Assembly (NCBI GenBank): GCA_043748885.1
Contig: JAYVEJ010000341.1
Location: forward strand, 1 to 33,805
Reading direction: 5' to 3'
Source of the DNA: Luteolibacter sp.
GTDB taxonomy: Bacteria > Verrucomicrobiota > Verrucomicrobiia > Verrucomicrobiales > Akkermansiaceae
DNA: 33,805 nt
The number at the start of each line of letters is the position of its first letter. Position 1 is the first letter of the stretch. The translations under genes and the position numbers were made by a program. This document shows positions 8,404 through 17,129 of the stretch, piece by piece. The notes under the pieces were generated by a model. The model searched no databases, was not told the origin of the DNA, and saw only the letters and a list, made by a program, of their open reading frames with translations.

Positions 8404-9201
8404 TCAGTGCGCCATTGTCAGGTCCACCAGATCGAGCATCGCTTGCAGCAAATCCGCATCGTCGGACAGCGGGGCGACGAGGCCGACGCGGCAGGCGGTT
8501 TTCAAGGCGATGCCGCCGGCCGCGAGGCGGGCGGTGGCGACGAGGAGCCGGGTGCTCGGGACCTCGGCGAGGCCACGGTCTCGGAGATTGCGGAGGCGAC
8601 CGGCGAGGGTGACGAGCTGGCGGGCGGTGGCGAGATCGATGTCGCTTTCGTGGGCGACGATGCCTGCCTCGCGCTCGGCTTCGGGGAAATCGAACTCAAG
8701 CGCGACGAAGCGCTGGCGGGTGCTCGGTTTCAAGTCCTTGAGGACGTGTTGGTAACCGGGGTTGTAGGAAATGACGAGTTGGAAGCCGGGCGCGGCTTCG
8801 ATGAGTTCGCCGGTTTTTTCGACCGGCAGCACGCGGCGGTGGTCGGTGAGCGGATGGATCACGACGACCGTGTCCTGGCGGCTTTCCACAACTTCATCCA
8901 GGTAGCAGATCGCCCCGGAGCGGGCGGCGCTGGTGAGCGGTCCGTCCTGCCAGACGGTTTCGCCGCCACGGACAAGGTAGCGGCCGGTAAGGTCGCTGGC
9001 GGACAGATCGTCATGGCAGGAAACGGTGACCAGCGGCCGCCCGAGCTTCCACGCCATGTGCTCGACAAAGCGTGTTTTTCCGCAACCGGTCGGGCCTTTC
9101 AACATGACCGCCAGCGAGCGGGCGTGGCATTGCTCAAAGAGCGCGATCTCATCCGCTAGGGCGACGTAGAATGGTTCCTTTTCGGGGACGGCGGGAATCA
9201 T
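8404..9201 (-). CDS. norQ: AAA+ ATPase NorQ (CbbQ/NirQ/NorQ family)
   Basis: KGPTGCGKTRFVEHMA Walker A, YLDEVVE Walker B and SYNPGYQ..KDLKPSTRQRF. Confidence 0.95.
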   Translation of the reverse strand: MIPAVPEKEPFYVALADEIALFEQCHARSLAVMLKGPTGCGKTRFVEHMAWKLGRPLVTVSCHDDLSASDLTGRYLVRGGETVWQDGPLTSAARSGAICYLDEVVESRQDTVVVIHPLTDHRRVLPVEKTGELIEAAPGFQLVISYNPGYQHVLKDLKPSTRQRFVALEFDFPEAEREAGIVAHESDIDLATARQLVTLAGRLRNLRDRGLAEVPSTRLLVATARLAAGGIALKTACRVGLVAPLSDDADLLQAMLDLVDLTMAH

Positions 9202-10565
9202 GCTGCGCCAGTTTCGGGGACGACAGTTCCGGGCACCGCCGCGGCCGGCAAGGGTCTTGGTCCGGCGCGGAAGAAGTCGATGATGAACAATGCGGAGCCG
9301 ATGACGAAGATGATTCCCGCCATCGAGAGCATGAGGAAATGCACCTGCAACTTAAGTTGGGTCTCCATATAGCCAAGTCCCATGATGCGTTCGAGATAGG
9401 TCTGTGCGATGCCTGCCGCGCCGAAGGCCAGGGTCATACCGAACATGCCCACGCACATCAGCCAGAACGCCCAATAGCCCATTTTCTGGCTCGCGCCGAC
9501 CTCGCGTTTCGTGAGATATGGCATCGCGAAACTGATGATGGCGAGATTGATCATGACATAGGCACCGAAGAAGGCGGAGTGTCCGTGCATGGGGGTGATC
9601 ATAGTGCCGTGCGTCCACTTGTTGACTGCGGGCCACGTATGGGAAAGGCCGAGCAAACCGGCGCCGAATGCGGTGTACACCGCGCTGCCGACCGTCCAGT
9701 GCAAGGCGAGAGTGTTCGGATGGGAAAGCCCCGAACGGCGCATCGCGATGTAGGCATAGACGACCATGACAAACAGCGCCAGCGGTTCCAGCGCGCTGAA
9801 GATGCCGCCGATCGGCAACCAATATTTCGGCACCCCGACCCAGTAGTAATGGTGGGCGGTGCCGAGGATGCCGGCGATGAACACGAGTCCGACAATCACA
9901 TAAAGCCATTTCTCCATCACCTCGCGGTCGGTGCCGGAAAGGCGGATCAGCAGATAGGCCAGCAAGCCTGCTTGGATCATTTCCCAGACACCTTCGACCC
10001 AAAGGTGAACCGTCCACCAGCGGTAGAAAATGCTGATGGTATAGTTGTCCCACGACGCCAGCGCGGGAAGGTAGAGCAGTGCGGAAAGCGCGAGACCGGC
10101 GACTAGGACGCCTTCGGTAGTCGTCCAGCGGCCCGCCTTTTTGATGGTCATCAAAATGTTGTAGAGGAAAATCAACATCGTAATGACGATGGCGATTTTC
10201 ACCGGGTAGGGTTGTTCCAGAAGTTTGTTTCCTTCCGTCCAACCGAACAAATAGCCGACGACCGCGGTCACTCCGGCCACGGCCCACAAACCTAGCTGGA
10301 AGAAGGCGAGTTTGGGACTGAAGATTTCATGCCGGGATTCTTCCGGCACCACATAGTAGGTGCCGCCCATAAAGCCCGTAAGCACCCATACGATGAGCAG
10401 GTTGGTGTGGCAGGCTTTCGCCCGGTCGAACGGAATGATGTCCAGCAGCGGATCGGGTCCGAGGTATTTGACGACGGACATGAGTCCGAAGACCATTTGC
10501 AGTCCGAACAGGCAGAGCGCGAGGGCGAAATACCAGTAGGCGATGGATTGGGTACGATAGCGCAT
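9198..10565 (-). CDS. norB: cNOR nitric oxide reductase large subunit
   Basis: HTNL, HLWVEGVWE, GTAHHYYW, LEP and HGHSAFFG heme/FeB ligand motifs; lies between norC and norQ. Confidence 0.95.
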   Translation of the reverse strand: MRYRTQSIAYWYFALALCLFGLQMVFGLMSVVKYLGPDPLLDIIPFDRAKACHTNLLIVWVLTGFMGGTYYVVPEESRHEIFSPKLAFFQLGLWAVAGVTAVVGYLFGWTEGNKLLEQPYPVKIAIVITMLIFLYNILMTIKKAGRWTTTEGVLVAGLALSALLYLPALASWDNYTISIFYRWWTVHLWVEGVWEMIQAGLLAYLLIRLSGTDREVMEKWLYVIVGLVFIAGILGTAHHYYWVGVPKYWLPIGGIFSALEPLALFVMVVYAYIAMRRSGLSHPNTLALHWTVGSAVYTAFGAGLLGLSHTWPAVNKWTHGTMITPMHGHSAFFGAYVMINLAIISFAMPYLTKREVGASQKMGYWAFWLMCVGMFGMTLAFGAAGIAQTYLERIMGLGYMETQLKLQVHFLMLSMAGIIFVIGSALFIIDFFRAGPRPLPAAAVPGTVVPETGAA

Positions 10566-10577
10566 GGTGGTGGTAGA

Positions 10578-11399
10578 TCAGCGGAGGGAAGAGAGATATT
10601 CGACGAGTTGGTCGAGCTGTTGGGACGTCATGCCCTTGTCGAGACCGGGAGGCATGAACGAGGTGCCAGCGGCGGAGAAGGTTGCACCGGGCACGAGATG
10701 GGCGCTCGGCTCGACGATGGATTCATGGATGTAACCGGCGGCATCCTTGGCCTTGCCTTTGTAATCGGCATTGCCGATGTGTCCGGTGGCGCGGGTGCCG
10801 ATGCCGGCGAGGCTCGGTCCGGCCATGACGACGTCGGGTTGGGTCGAGTGGCAGGTCGCGCAGACGTGAGCGGGATTGCGGAAGATTGCTTCGCCCTGAG
10901 CGACCGGATTATCCGAAACGGCGACGTTTGGCGTGGGATTTTGGGCCGTGTGTGCGCCGGCGAGTTGGCCGCTGGAAACCACGATCGGGCGCGGTGGCCA
11001 GCCTGCGGTATCGATGTTGGAAACCCAGTCGAGGAACGAGATGACGTCTTTGATTTCCTGCTCGGTGAGGTTCTGGTTGGGCATCAACCGGCGGTTCTTC
11101 TCCTCGGAGTAAAACTGCGAGGGATCTTTCAGGAAGGCGGTGAGATAAGCCACGCCGCGCTGTTGGGTGATCTTGGTGAGGTCCGGCGCGTAGTAGGCTC
11201 CCTCGCCCATGAGCGTGTGGCAGTTGATGCAGTTTTTCCGGTGCCAGACGTGTTTGCCCTCAATGACCTGCGGGGTCAGCTTGTCGGCGTTGGTCAATTT
11301 TCCGAACTGGCGGTGGCTGTCGATGGTGAGTCCGACGAAGATCGCCGAGAACAGCAGGGTGCCGATAATGAAAAACAGGCGGGTATGGCGCTTGGTCAT
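10578..11399 (-). CDS. norC: NorC with additional C-terminal cytochrome c domain (di-heme)
   Basis: N-terminal TM helix, CINCHTLMGEGAYYAPDLT...RLMP, and a second domain CATCH...GPSL...YIHESIVEP...FMP. Confidence 0.92.
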   Translation of the reverse strand: MTKRHTRLFFIIGTLLFSAIFVGLTIDSHRQFGKLTNADKLTPQVIEGKHVWHRKNCINCHTLMGEGAYYAPDLTKITQQRGVAYLTAFLKDPSQFYSEEKNRRLMPNQNLTEQEIKDVISFLDWVSNIDTAGWPPRPIVVSSGQLAGAHTAQNPTPNVAVSDNPVAQGEAIFRNPAHVCATCHSTQPDVVMAGPSLAGIGTRATGHIGNADYKGKAKDAAGYIHESIVEPSAHLVPGATFSAAGTSFMPPGLDKGMTSQQLDQLVEYLSSLR

Positions 11400-11435
11400 G
11401 GGATTTCCGAGAAATTGGGTTCGGGAAATAACGGC

Positions 11436-11591
11436 TCAGACGCCGATGTGGCTCCAGTTCGCGATCATGATATAGAAAGTGTAAACGATCGTGATGGCCA
11501 TCAGCAGCAGCACGAAATACCCGAAAATTTTCAACCCAAGGTGGGTGGCGGCGGTGCGTTTATCCGGTACGGCGGTGGGCTGGGCACTCAT
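11436..11591 (-). CDS. Small single-pass membrane protein (51 aa), first gene of nor operon
   Basis: ATG at 11591 gives MSAQ...KIFGYFVLLLMAITIVYTFYIMIANWSHIGV. It has one strong TM helix and ends 36 bp before norC. Confidence 0.7.
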   Translation of the reverse strand: MSAQPTAVPDKRTAATHLGLKIFGYFVLLLMAITIVYTFYIMIANWSHIGV

Positions 11592-11702
11592 AGGATGGGG
11601 AAATCGAGGGAAATGGCAGCGCGAGGTCCAATCCCCAATTGCCAAGAGCGGGGACATACAACAGAGGAGGGGGCCGTGCGGCAAGAACGCTTATCCGGAA
11701 AG

Positions 11703-11718
11703 TGTGACGCGGGTCACA
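11703..11718. promoter_or_regulatory. CRP/HcpR-type binding site upstream of nor operon
   Basis: Perfect TGTGA-CGCGGG-TCACA, about 110 bp upstream of the first nor-operon gene. Confidence 0.7.
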
Positions 11719-11904
11719 AAAACCGATTGTTTTCTCCATTATGAGCGATTTGTGGCACCCATCAACATCATCCAGCGAGCGACTGAAACCTACCGTTCGA
11801 AAGTGGTTTCGCCCCAAAATACTTCCCTTGGACTTGATCGCATCAATTCGGCGCGGGACGTGATGATCTCTTCCTAGCTCCCGCAACACTTCCCTTGCAG
11901 ACTT

Positions 11905-12639
11905 TCACTCTGCGGGGAGGACGCTTTTGAAGAGATTTTCGTCAAAAAGCGCCCTCATCGCCACTGGATCGGTGACCGTGATGGTCTTGCCCTTGACCTT
12001 GACCAAGCCCTGATCGCGGAGTTTTCCGAGGAGCCGCGAAAGTGTTTCCCGCCGGGTGCCCAGCTCGGAGGCCAGGACAGATTTGGGAACCGAAAGTTTG
12101 AAAACCACGGGAACCGCCGATTCACCAGTTCGCTGGAGCAACCAGTGAAGCAGACGCGTTTCGACCTTCTGCAGACGGTAGCTGTCGATCGTGGCGACCA
12201 GTTCGTGGAGATGGCGGCTGAGAGATGCAAGCATTCGGAGGGCCAGCTCCGAATTGACGCGCAGGTGGTCGAGAAACGGCGTCGATTTCACCAAAACGAT
12301 CTCACTGGCTTCCAATGCGAGCGTGTGGGCGGGATACCCGGGCAGTCCCGCCACCGCAGGCTCGGCGAATGAACCACCGGGATGGATCAGATGGATCACT
12401 TGCTCGCGACCGGCTTCGTTGATCCGGTATGCTTTGATGCATCCTTTGAAAACGATGTAAAACCCGATCACGGGATCCCCTTCACGGAAAAGGATCTGGC
12501 CCTTGGGCAAAAGGATGCGTTCGGAGTAGCTAGCGATCTGGAGCAATTCGGTCGTGCCCAGCCCGGAGAAAATGGAGCTGTTTTGAAGTGCCTGGGCCAG
12601 GGCGGCGGTTCGGATTGTGTCGGTTTCGATCTCGGTCAT
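11905..12639 (-). CDS. Crp/Fnr-family regulator, DNR/NnrR/HcpR-like (no FNR Cys cluster)
   Basis: cNMP-like domain (LFREGD, GREQVI, SFAE, YPA) and HTH LASELGTRRETLSR. The likely start is ATG 12639, since the longer ORF overlaps nnrS. Confidence 0.9.
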   Translation of the reverse strand: MTEIETDTIRTAALAQALQNSSIFSGLGTTELLQIASYSERILLPKGQILFREGDPVIGFYIVFKGCIKAYRINEAGREQVIHLIHPGGSFAEPAVAGLPGYPAHTLALEASEIVLVKSTPFLDHLRVNSELALRMLASLSRHLHELVATIDSYRLQKVETRLLHWLLQRTGESAVPVVFKLSVPKSVLASELGTRRETLSRLLGKLRDQGLVKVKGKTITVTDPVAMRALFDENLFKSVLPAE

Positions 12640-12660
12640 GGGAATCGGAGTTGAAGAAGA

Positions 12661-12676
12661 TTTGATGTAGGTCAAA
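12661..12676. promoter_or_regulatory. FNR/DNR-type box upstream of the Crp-family gene
   Basis: TTTGAT-GTAG-GTCAAA has one mismatch to TTGAT-N4-ATCAA and lies 21 bp upstream of ATG 12639. Confidence 0.65.
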
Positions 12677-12760
12677 TCTGCGGGTCGGCGGTGTTGTCCC
12701 CCGGGGCGGGTTGGTTGTTGCTGGCCACCGGGTGAGTCCCATTCGACTCGGGTAGCGCCC

Positions 12761-13981
12761 TCATTGCTCATCATCCTTTTTGAAAAACCTGGGTGCATGC
12801 CAGATTGCCCAAAGCGCGGCTCCGGCGATCCATGACCAGGAAGCGTATTCGTAGTGCGTCATCATCACCCGTGGCAGAAAATCCGCAGACACCCGGGTGA
12901 GTGCGGCGAGCACGATGGCAAAAACGATGATTCGTGCCGTCCACGAGCGATTGGCAAATCGTTCCACCCGCCCGCTATGGCCGAACAGCACGCGGCTGCC
13001 GGCGATCAGACAGACCAACCCGAACCCGCTGACAAACACAAGGTGCTCCACCGCGATGTGGCGCGAGTCGAAAAACACCGGGGCGATCAACCCGGCGAGC
13101 GCCAGCGGGAGACACCAGATGCGCAGCGCGTTGGCGAGGGTGCCGACTTGCGGCGAACCCGGTTTCAGCAGCCAGCGGACATTCGACATCGCGAACCCAA
13201 AAGCGGCGACCCGCAGCAACAAGCCTGCACTCTCGTTCAGCCAGACTTCCACCCCGAAGCTGGCCACTAACACAAGAGCGGCGATGCTCATATTCCGCCA
13301 CGACTTGCGGGTTTCCGCTCCCGGCTCAGGTTCGCCGAAAGCATTGCCTAGCAGCCGCGGAAACAGGAAGATTCCCACGCCCATCACCGGACCCAACAGG
13401 AACCCCTGATAGAGTAACAGACCCGCGAGGCGGTGAACGCCCGCAATGGCCCACCATGCCGGATTCAGCCACAAGACCGTCCCCGCGATGCCGCAAACCA
13501 ATCCAGTGGCGGCAAGTAACAAGGGCGGCGGCGGGAACTCTTTGCGGAAACCCACGACCCGCACCCCGAGGGCGACGGCGAATCCGAGTAGGAGCGCGAG
13601 AAACAGGCGGTCGCCCCAGACATTCATCCCGCGCAGATGGCAGATTCCGCCCGCAAGATGAAGGATCAACAAGGGCACCAGCTCCCACGGCTTCAACCGC
13701 GGGGCACTCAACATCCTCGGCCCGGCGGTGCCCATGAATCCGACCACAAATGCACCAGCGAATGCCTGGATCATCACCCGCGCATGACTCACGCCGGGGT
13801 AGAAGCTCAGATGGCCCTTGTAAAAAAGCGGCCACATCATCACTCCGGCGATGCTGAATAGAATCCCGCTCAGGAAGAAGATCCGGTAGGGTTCGCTGCC
13901 GAGCCACACCAGCGGGTCGGAAATGGTTCGGGACTTGCGTTTGGCGTGACGACAGACGGGAAAACTCATGGAATCAGGCAA
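12761..13981 (-). CDS. nnrS: NnrS-family membrane protein
   Basis: EPYRIFF, H..M...GFMGTAGPR and RVLFGHSG motifs; multi-TM; NO-response context. The start may be ATG 13969. Confidence 0.85.
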   Translation of the reverse strand: MPDSMSFPVCRHAKRKSRTISDPLVWLGSEPYRIFFLSGILFSIAGVMMWPLFYKGHLSFYPGVSHARVMIQAFAGAFVVGFMGTAGPRMLSAPRLKPWELVPLLILHLAGGICHLRGMNVWGDRLFLALLLGFAVALGVRVVGFRKEFPPPPLLLAATGLVCGIAGTVLWLNPAWWAIAGVHRLAGLLLYQGFLLGPVMGVGIFLFPRLLGNAFGEPEPGAETRKSWRNMSIAALVLVASFGVEVWLNESAGLLLRVAAFGFAMSNVRWLLKPGSPQVGTLANALRIWCLPLALAGLIAPVFFDSRHIAVEHLVFVSGFGLVCLIAGSRVLFGHSGRVERFANRSWTARIIVFAIVLAALTRVSADFLPRVMMTHYEYASWSWIAGAALWAIWHAPRFFKKDDEQ

Positions 13982-15191
13982 GAGCGGGTGATGTGTCGGC
14001 TATTTCGGTCTGGGTCAAGTAGCATCCGGGATCGGAACCCCAGAGGTCGCCGTGGTTGGTGAACGCCGCGCGGGTGCGGAAACCACCGCCACAGATTGCA
14101 AACCATTTGCAAGCGGCGCAAGGGCCGGTCATGCGGGCTTGGCGTTGCTGCGGGGAAAGTCGCCCGATCGAACGAATCGAAGTTAACATTTCGGTGGCAG
14201 CCGGATTGCCACCTTCCCAGATTTGGGAGAACGGCATTCGCTTCACGTTGCCGAGAACCACGTCCTGCCAGAATTGATCGGGATGGACGTTGCCTTGGGT
14301 GTCGATGTTGGCGATGCCACGGCCTGAGCTGTTAGCGCCGCCGCCGTTCCATTCGAGCAGCCGGCGTGCTTCAGCGAGGTTTGGATGATTTTCATTTTCC
14401 ATCCGGACCAGCAGATACGCGCCGTCGGCCGGTTGGGTGACGGTGAGTACCTCGCGCTCCACTCCTTGTTGGTGCCACGCCTCTACGCGTGAAATCAGGG
14501 TGTCGATGGCACCACGGGCGGCCTTGGATTCCAGGACTTGCAATTCACTGCCCCGACCGGCGGGCACGAGGTGATAGAAACAAACGCGCTGGATTTCCTG
14601 GTCCTCGATGAAGTCGAGAATCTGGCCGATGTTCTCCACATTGTGGCTGGTAAGCGTGAGCCGGAGACCGGTCTTCTGATCGACCGCATGGCAGTTTTTG
14701 AATCCGCGGACGGCGGCATCAAACGCTCCTTCCTTGCGGCGGAACTGGTCATGGATCTCACCAATGCCATCGAGCGAGATGCCGACGTAGGCCACATTCG
14801 CCGCCTTGAGCCGGGCGGCCTTTTCCAGAGTGATGAGAGTCCCGTTGGTGGAAATCGTCAGTTTCAAGCCGGCCGCCGAGGCGTGGTCCACCAGATCGAA
14901 GAAGCGCGGATGAATCAATGGCTCGCCACCCGAAAGCAACAGCGAAGGAATCTGATAGTCGGCTAGATCCTTCACCACGGCCTGCATTTCCTCCCACGAC
15001 AATTCGCCGGGATACTGCATGGCGTTGGAATCCGAGTAGCAATGCACACAGCGCAAATTGCAGGTGCGGGTGATGTTCCAGACCGTGATGGGTTTGCGGT
15101 CACGGGCGTTTGCCGGACTGCCGCGGTGGCCATAGCGAAGTTCGTCAGCGGGCTGGGCGACGCCAGTCCAGAGTTTGGTGAGATTGATCAT
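13974..15191 (-). CDS. ahbC: Radical SAM/SPASM protein, AhbC/NirJ1-like
   Basis: MINLTKLW..DELRYG, VWNITRTCNLRCVHCYS, YVGISLDG, CFYHLV and GGANSSGRGIANID..VHPDQFW, plus SPASM cysteines and DPGCY. Confidence 0.75.
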   Translation of the reverse strand: MINLTKLWTGVAQPADELRYGHRGSPANARDRKPITVWNITRTCNLRCVHCYSDSNAMQYPGELSWEEMQAVVKDLADYQIPSLLLSGGEPLIHPRFFDLVDHASAAGLKLTISTNGTLITLEKAARLKAANVAYVGISLDGIGEIHDQFRRKEGAFDAAVRGFKNCHAVDQKTGLRLTLTSHNVENIGQILDFIEDQEIQRVCFYHLVPAGRGSELQVLESKAARGAIDTLISRVEAWHQQGVEREVLTVTQPADGAYLLVRMENENHPNLAEARRLLEWNGGGANSSGRGIANIDTQGNVHPDQFWQDVVLGNVKRMPFSQIWEGGNPAATEMLTSIRSIGRLSPQQRQARMTGPCAACKWFAICGGGFRTRAAFTNHGDLWGSDPGCYLTQTEIADTSPALA

Positions 15192-15215
15192 GGGATGGAG
15201 TTATGGGAGTTAGAT

Positions 15216-16301
15216 TTAAACGGTTGTCATTGCTTTCGGCACATAGGCGCAGGAGGGATCGGCGGCGAAGGGATCGCCATAGACGCCATAGGCCCGGGAA
15301 CGGGAACCGCCGCAGACGCTGCGGTATTCGCAGACGCCGCATTTACCGCCGAGCGCGTCGTTGTCGCGCAGGGAAACAAAGAGCGGGTGGTGCCGATAGA
15401 TTTCCGCGGGATGGGTGGTCTTCACATTGCCGCAAACCATCGGCAGGAACCCGCTGGGCGAGACTTCGCCGGTGTGCGAAATGAACATGACGCCGCGACC
15501 GTCGCGAATCCCGAGCGGTGAGCGCATCCCGGGACGCGGACGGGACGCGCCGCCGCCCATCTTCTGCATCACGACACGCCGGAAGTGGTGACCCTCGGTG
15601 GTTTTCACCGCAAATGGGGCTTTCCCGACAAGGCCTGCCATGTCTTCGAAGACCCGCTCGATATCCTCCGGGTCCGGCAGATCATCCAACCCGGCGCGGC
15701 CGGTGGGGACCAGCAGGAACACGCTCCACATCGCAGGCATCAGCTTGAACATAAGTTGTTTGAAAGACTCGTATTCATGGATGTTTCCACGGGTAAGGGT
15801 GGTGTTGATTTGCAGGCTCAAGCCGACCGCGTGGGCGCGGCGCACCGCTTCGATCGTGCGGTCATAAGTGCCCTTCACGCCGCGGAATGAGTCGTGCGTT
15901 TCACGGGTCGCACCATCGAGACTGAGAGACATGCGTTGCACGCCTGCGGCTTTGAGTTCTGCGAAATCCACCTGCAACAGGCGCTGGGTGGCGGATGGGC
16001 TGAGACCCACGTGCAGGCCGGCAGCGGACGCTTGGCGCACCAGGTCCAGCGCGTCGCGCCGCATGAGAGGGTCGCCGCCAGTTAGAATCAACATCGGTGG
16101 CTTCCACTCCGCGAGCTGCCGGATCAGGGTCGTGGCTTCCATGTCATTCAATTCCTCGGGATGCCTGCGAGGTTGGGCTTCGGCACGGCAGTGACTGCAC
16201 GCTAAGGCGCAGGACCGGGTGATCTCCCAGAACACCAGAAAGGGACGATCCTTGAAATCGTAGTCGTCCATTCCGGGCATTCCGGTGGGACGTTCCAGCA
16301 T
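15216..16301 (-). CDS. Radical SAM/SPASM protein, AhbD/NirJ2-like (TIGR04053-type)
   Basis: PFLVFWEITRSCALACSHCRA, TTEGHHFRR, DGRGVMFISHTGEVSPSGFLP, CGVCEYRSVCGGSRSRA and DPSC. The start is uncertain (16280/16301/16316). Confidence 0.75.
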   Translation of the reverse strand: MLERPTGMPGMDDYDFKDRPFLVFWEITRSCALACSHCRAEAQPRRHPEELNDMEATTLIRQLAEWKPPMLILTGGDPLMRRDALDLVRQASAAGLHVGLSPSATQRLLQVDFAELKAAGVQRMSLSLDGATRETHDSFRGVKGTYDRTIEAVRRAHAVGLSLQINTTLTRGNIHEYESFKQLMFKLMPAMWSVFLLVPTGRAGLDDLPDPEDIERVFEDMAGLVGKAPFAVKTTEGHHFRRVVMQKMGGGASRPRPGMRSPLGIRDGRGVMFISHTGEVSPSGFLPMVCGNVKTTHPAEIYRHHPLFVSLRDNDALGGKCGVCEYRSVCGGSRSRAYGVYGDPFAADPSCAYVPKAMTTV

Positions 16302-16340
16302 GGCGTTGGCGGTCACGAGCCGATTGAAGAGTCTATTTTT

Positions 16341-16365
16341 AAATAAAGAAAGTTTTTTCTTGTTT
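16341..16365 (+). promoter_or_regulatory. Putative Rrf2-type operator (site A) in the radical SAM/ric divergent promoter
   Basis: AAATAAAGAAAGTTTTTTCTTGTTT with an AAGAAA-N4-TTTCTT core; 20/25 identical to 22082-22106. Confidence 0.6.
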
Positions 16366-16396
16366 GGCGGTCGTCGTCGGGGAAAGTGGTCTCACC

Positions 16397-17125
16397 ATGA
16401 GCCACACAGCCACCGTATTCACGCCTGCGGGAACGCCCCTGTCCGACCGGACCGTTGGGGAAATCGTCGCGGAAAGCCCCTCGCAAGCGCGAGTTTTCCA
16501 AGCATTCGGGATTGATTTTTGCTGCCAAGGCGGCAGAACACTGCGCGAAGCCTGCACCCTCAAGGGAATCGAAATCGAGTCAGTTCTCGAACAACTGGAA
16601 GCGGGAAATGCAGAGAAGGCAGAGCCCGCAAACAACCCGGCCCTGTTGCCGCCGGTGGAGCTGATCCACTACATCGTGGAAACCCATCACGCGTATTTGC
16701 GCAACGAGCTTCCCCGCTTGCAGGCGATGTCCGAGCGGGTTTCCAAGGTCCACGGCGGACACACAGCTTCGCTGGTTGAAGTTTACTGGATCTATTGCGA
16801 AATGGCCGATGAGCTGGCCGGTCATCTGGTCAAGGAAGAGCAAATTTTATTTCCAGCGATCCAGGCACTGTGTGCCGGAGAAGCCGCGACCATGCCACTC
16901 GATGGTCCGGTGGCTGTCATGCTCAAGGAACATGAAGACGCAGGCGGCGCTCTTGCGCGGCTCCGGGAATTGACCCACGGATTCACCGCTCCGCCGGAAG
17001 CGTGCAACACCTACCGCGCCCTGTTCGCCGGGCTGGCCGAGTTGGAAGAAGACCTGCACCGCCACATCCATCTGGAGAACTCGGTGCTATTTCCACAAGC
17101 ACTCGCGATGTCGAATACCCGATGA
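16397..17125 (+). CDS. ric: Iron-sulfur cluster repair di-iron protein Ric/YtfE
   Basis: GIDFCCQG ScdA_N motif, HH, HLVKEEQILFP, EHEDAG, PPEACNTY and HIHLENSVLFP hemerythrin ligands. Confidence 0.95.
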   Translation: MSHTATVFTPAGTPLSDRTVGEIVAESPSQARVFQAFGIDFCCQGGRTLREACTLKGIEIESVLEQLEAGNAEKAEPANNPALLPPVELIHYIVETHHAYLRNELPRLQAMSERVSKVHGGHTASLVEVYWIYCEMADELAGHLVKEEQILFPAIQALCAGEAATMPLDGPVAVMLKEHEDAGGALARLRELTHGFTAPPEACNTYRALFAGLAELEEDLHRHIHLENSVLFPQALAMSNTR

Positions 17126-17129
17126 CCCT

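Noticed and set aside
6475-9159. Long plus-strand ORFs (437 aa and 335 aa) opposite norD/norQ
   Set aside because: Antisense shadows of GC-rich genes with no recognisable motifs.
11716-11740. Possible fourth copy of the Rrf2-type motif upstream of nor (…TTTCTCCATT)
   Set aside because: Only the right half matches; too weak without a PWM scan.
10329-11744. 471-aa plus-strand ORF opposite norB/norC
   Set aside because: Shadow ORF that fully overlaps well-supported genes.
11834-11846. TTGAT-CGC-ATCAA, FNR-like palindrome
   Set aside because: The spacer is 3 nt rather than 4, so it is not a canonical FNR/DNR site; chance cannot be excluded.
12680-12732. Imperfect ~27-bp tandem duplication between nnrS and the Crp gene
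   Set aside because: Only two degenerate units; not a CRISPR array and no evident function.
12640-12798. N-terminal extension of the Crp ORF given by the ORF track (the rrf2, ric and nosD ORFs are similarly over-extended)
   Set aside because: The extensions overlap neighbouring genes or regulatory sites; downstream ATGs fit the family N-termini.
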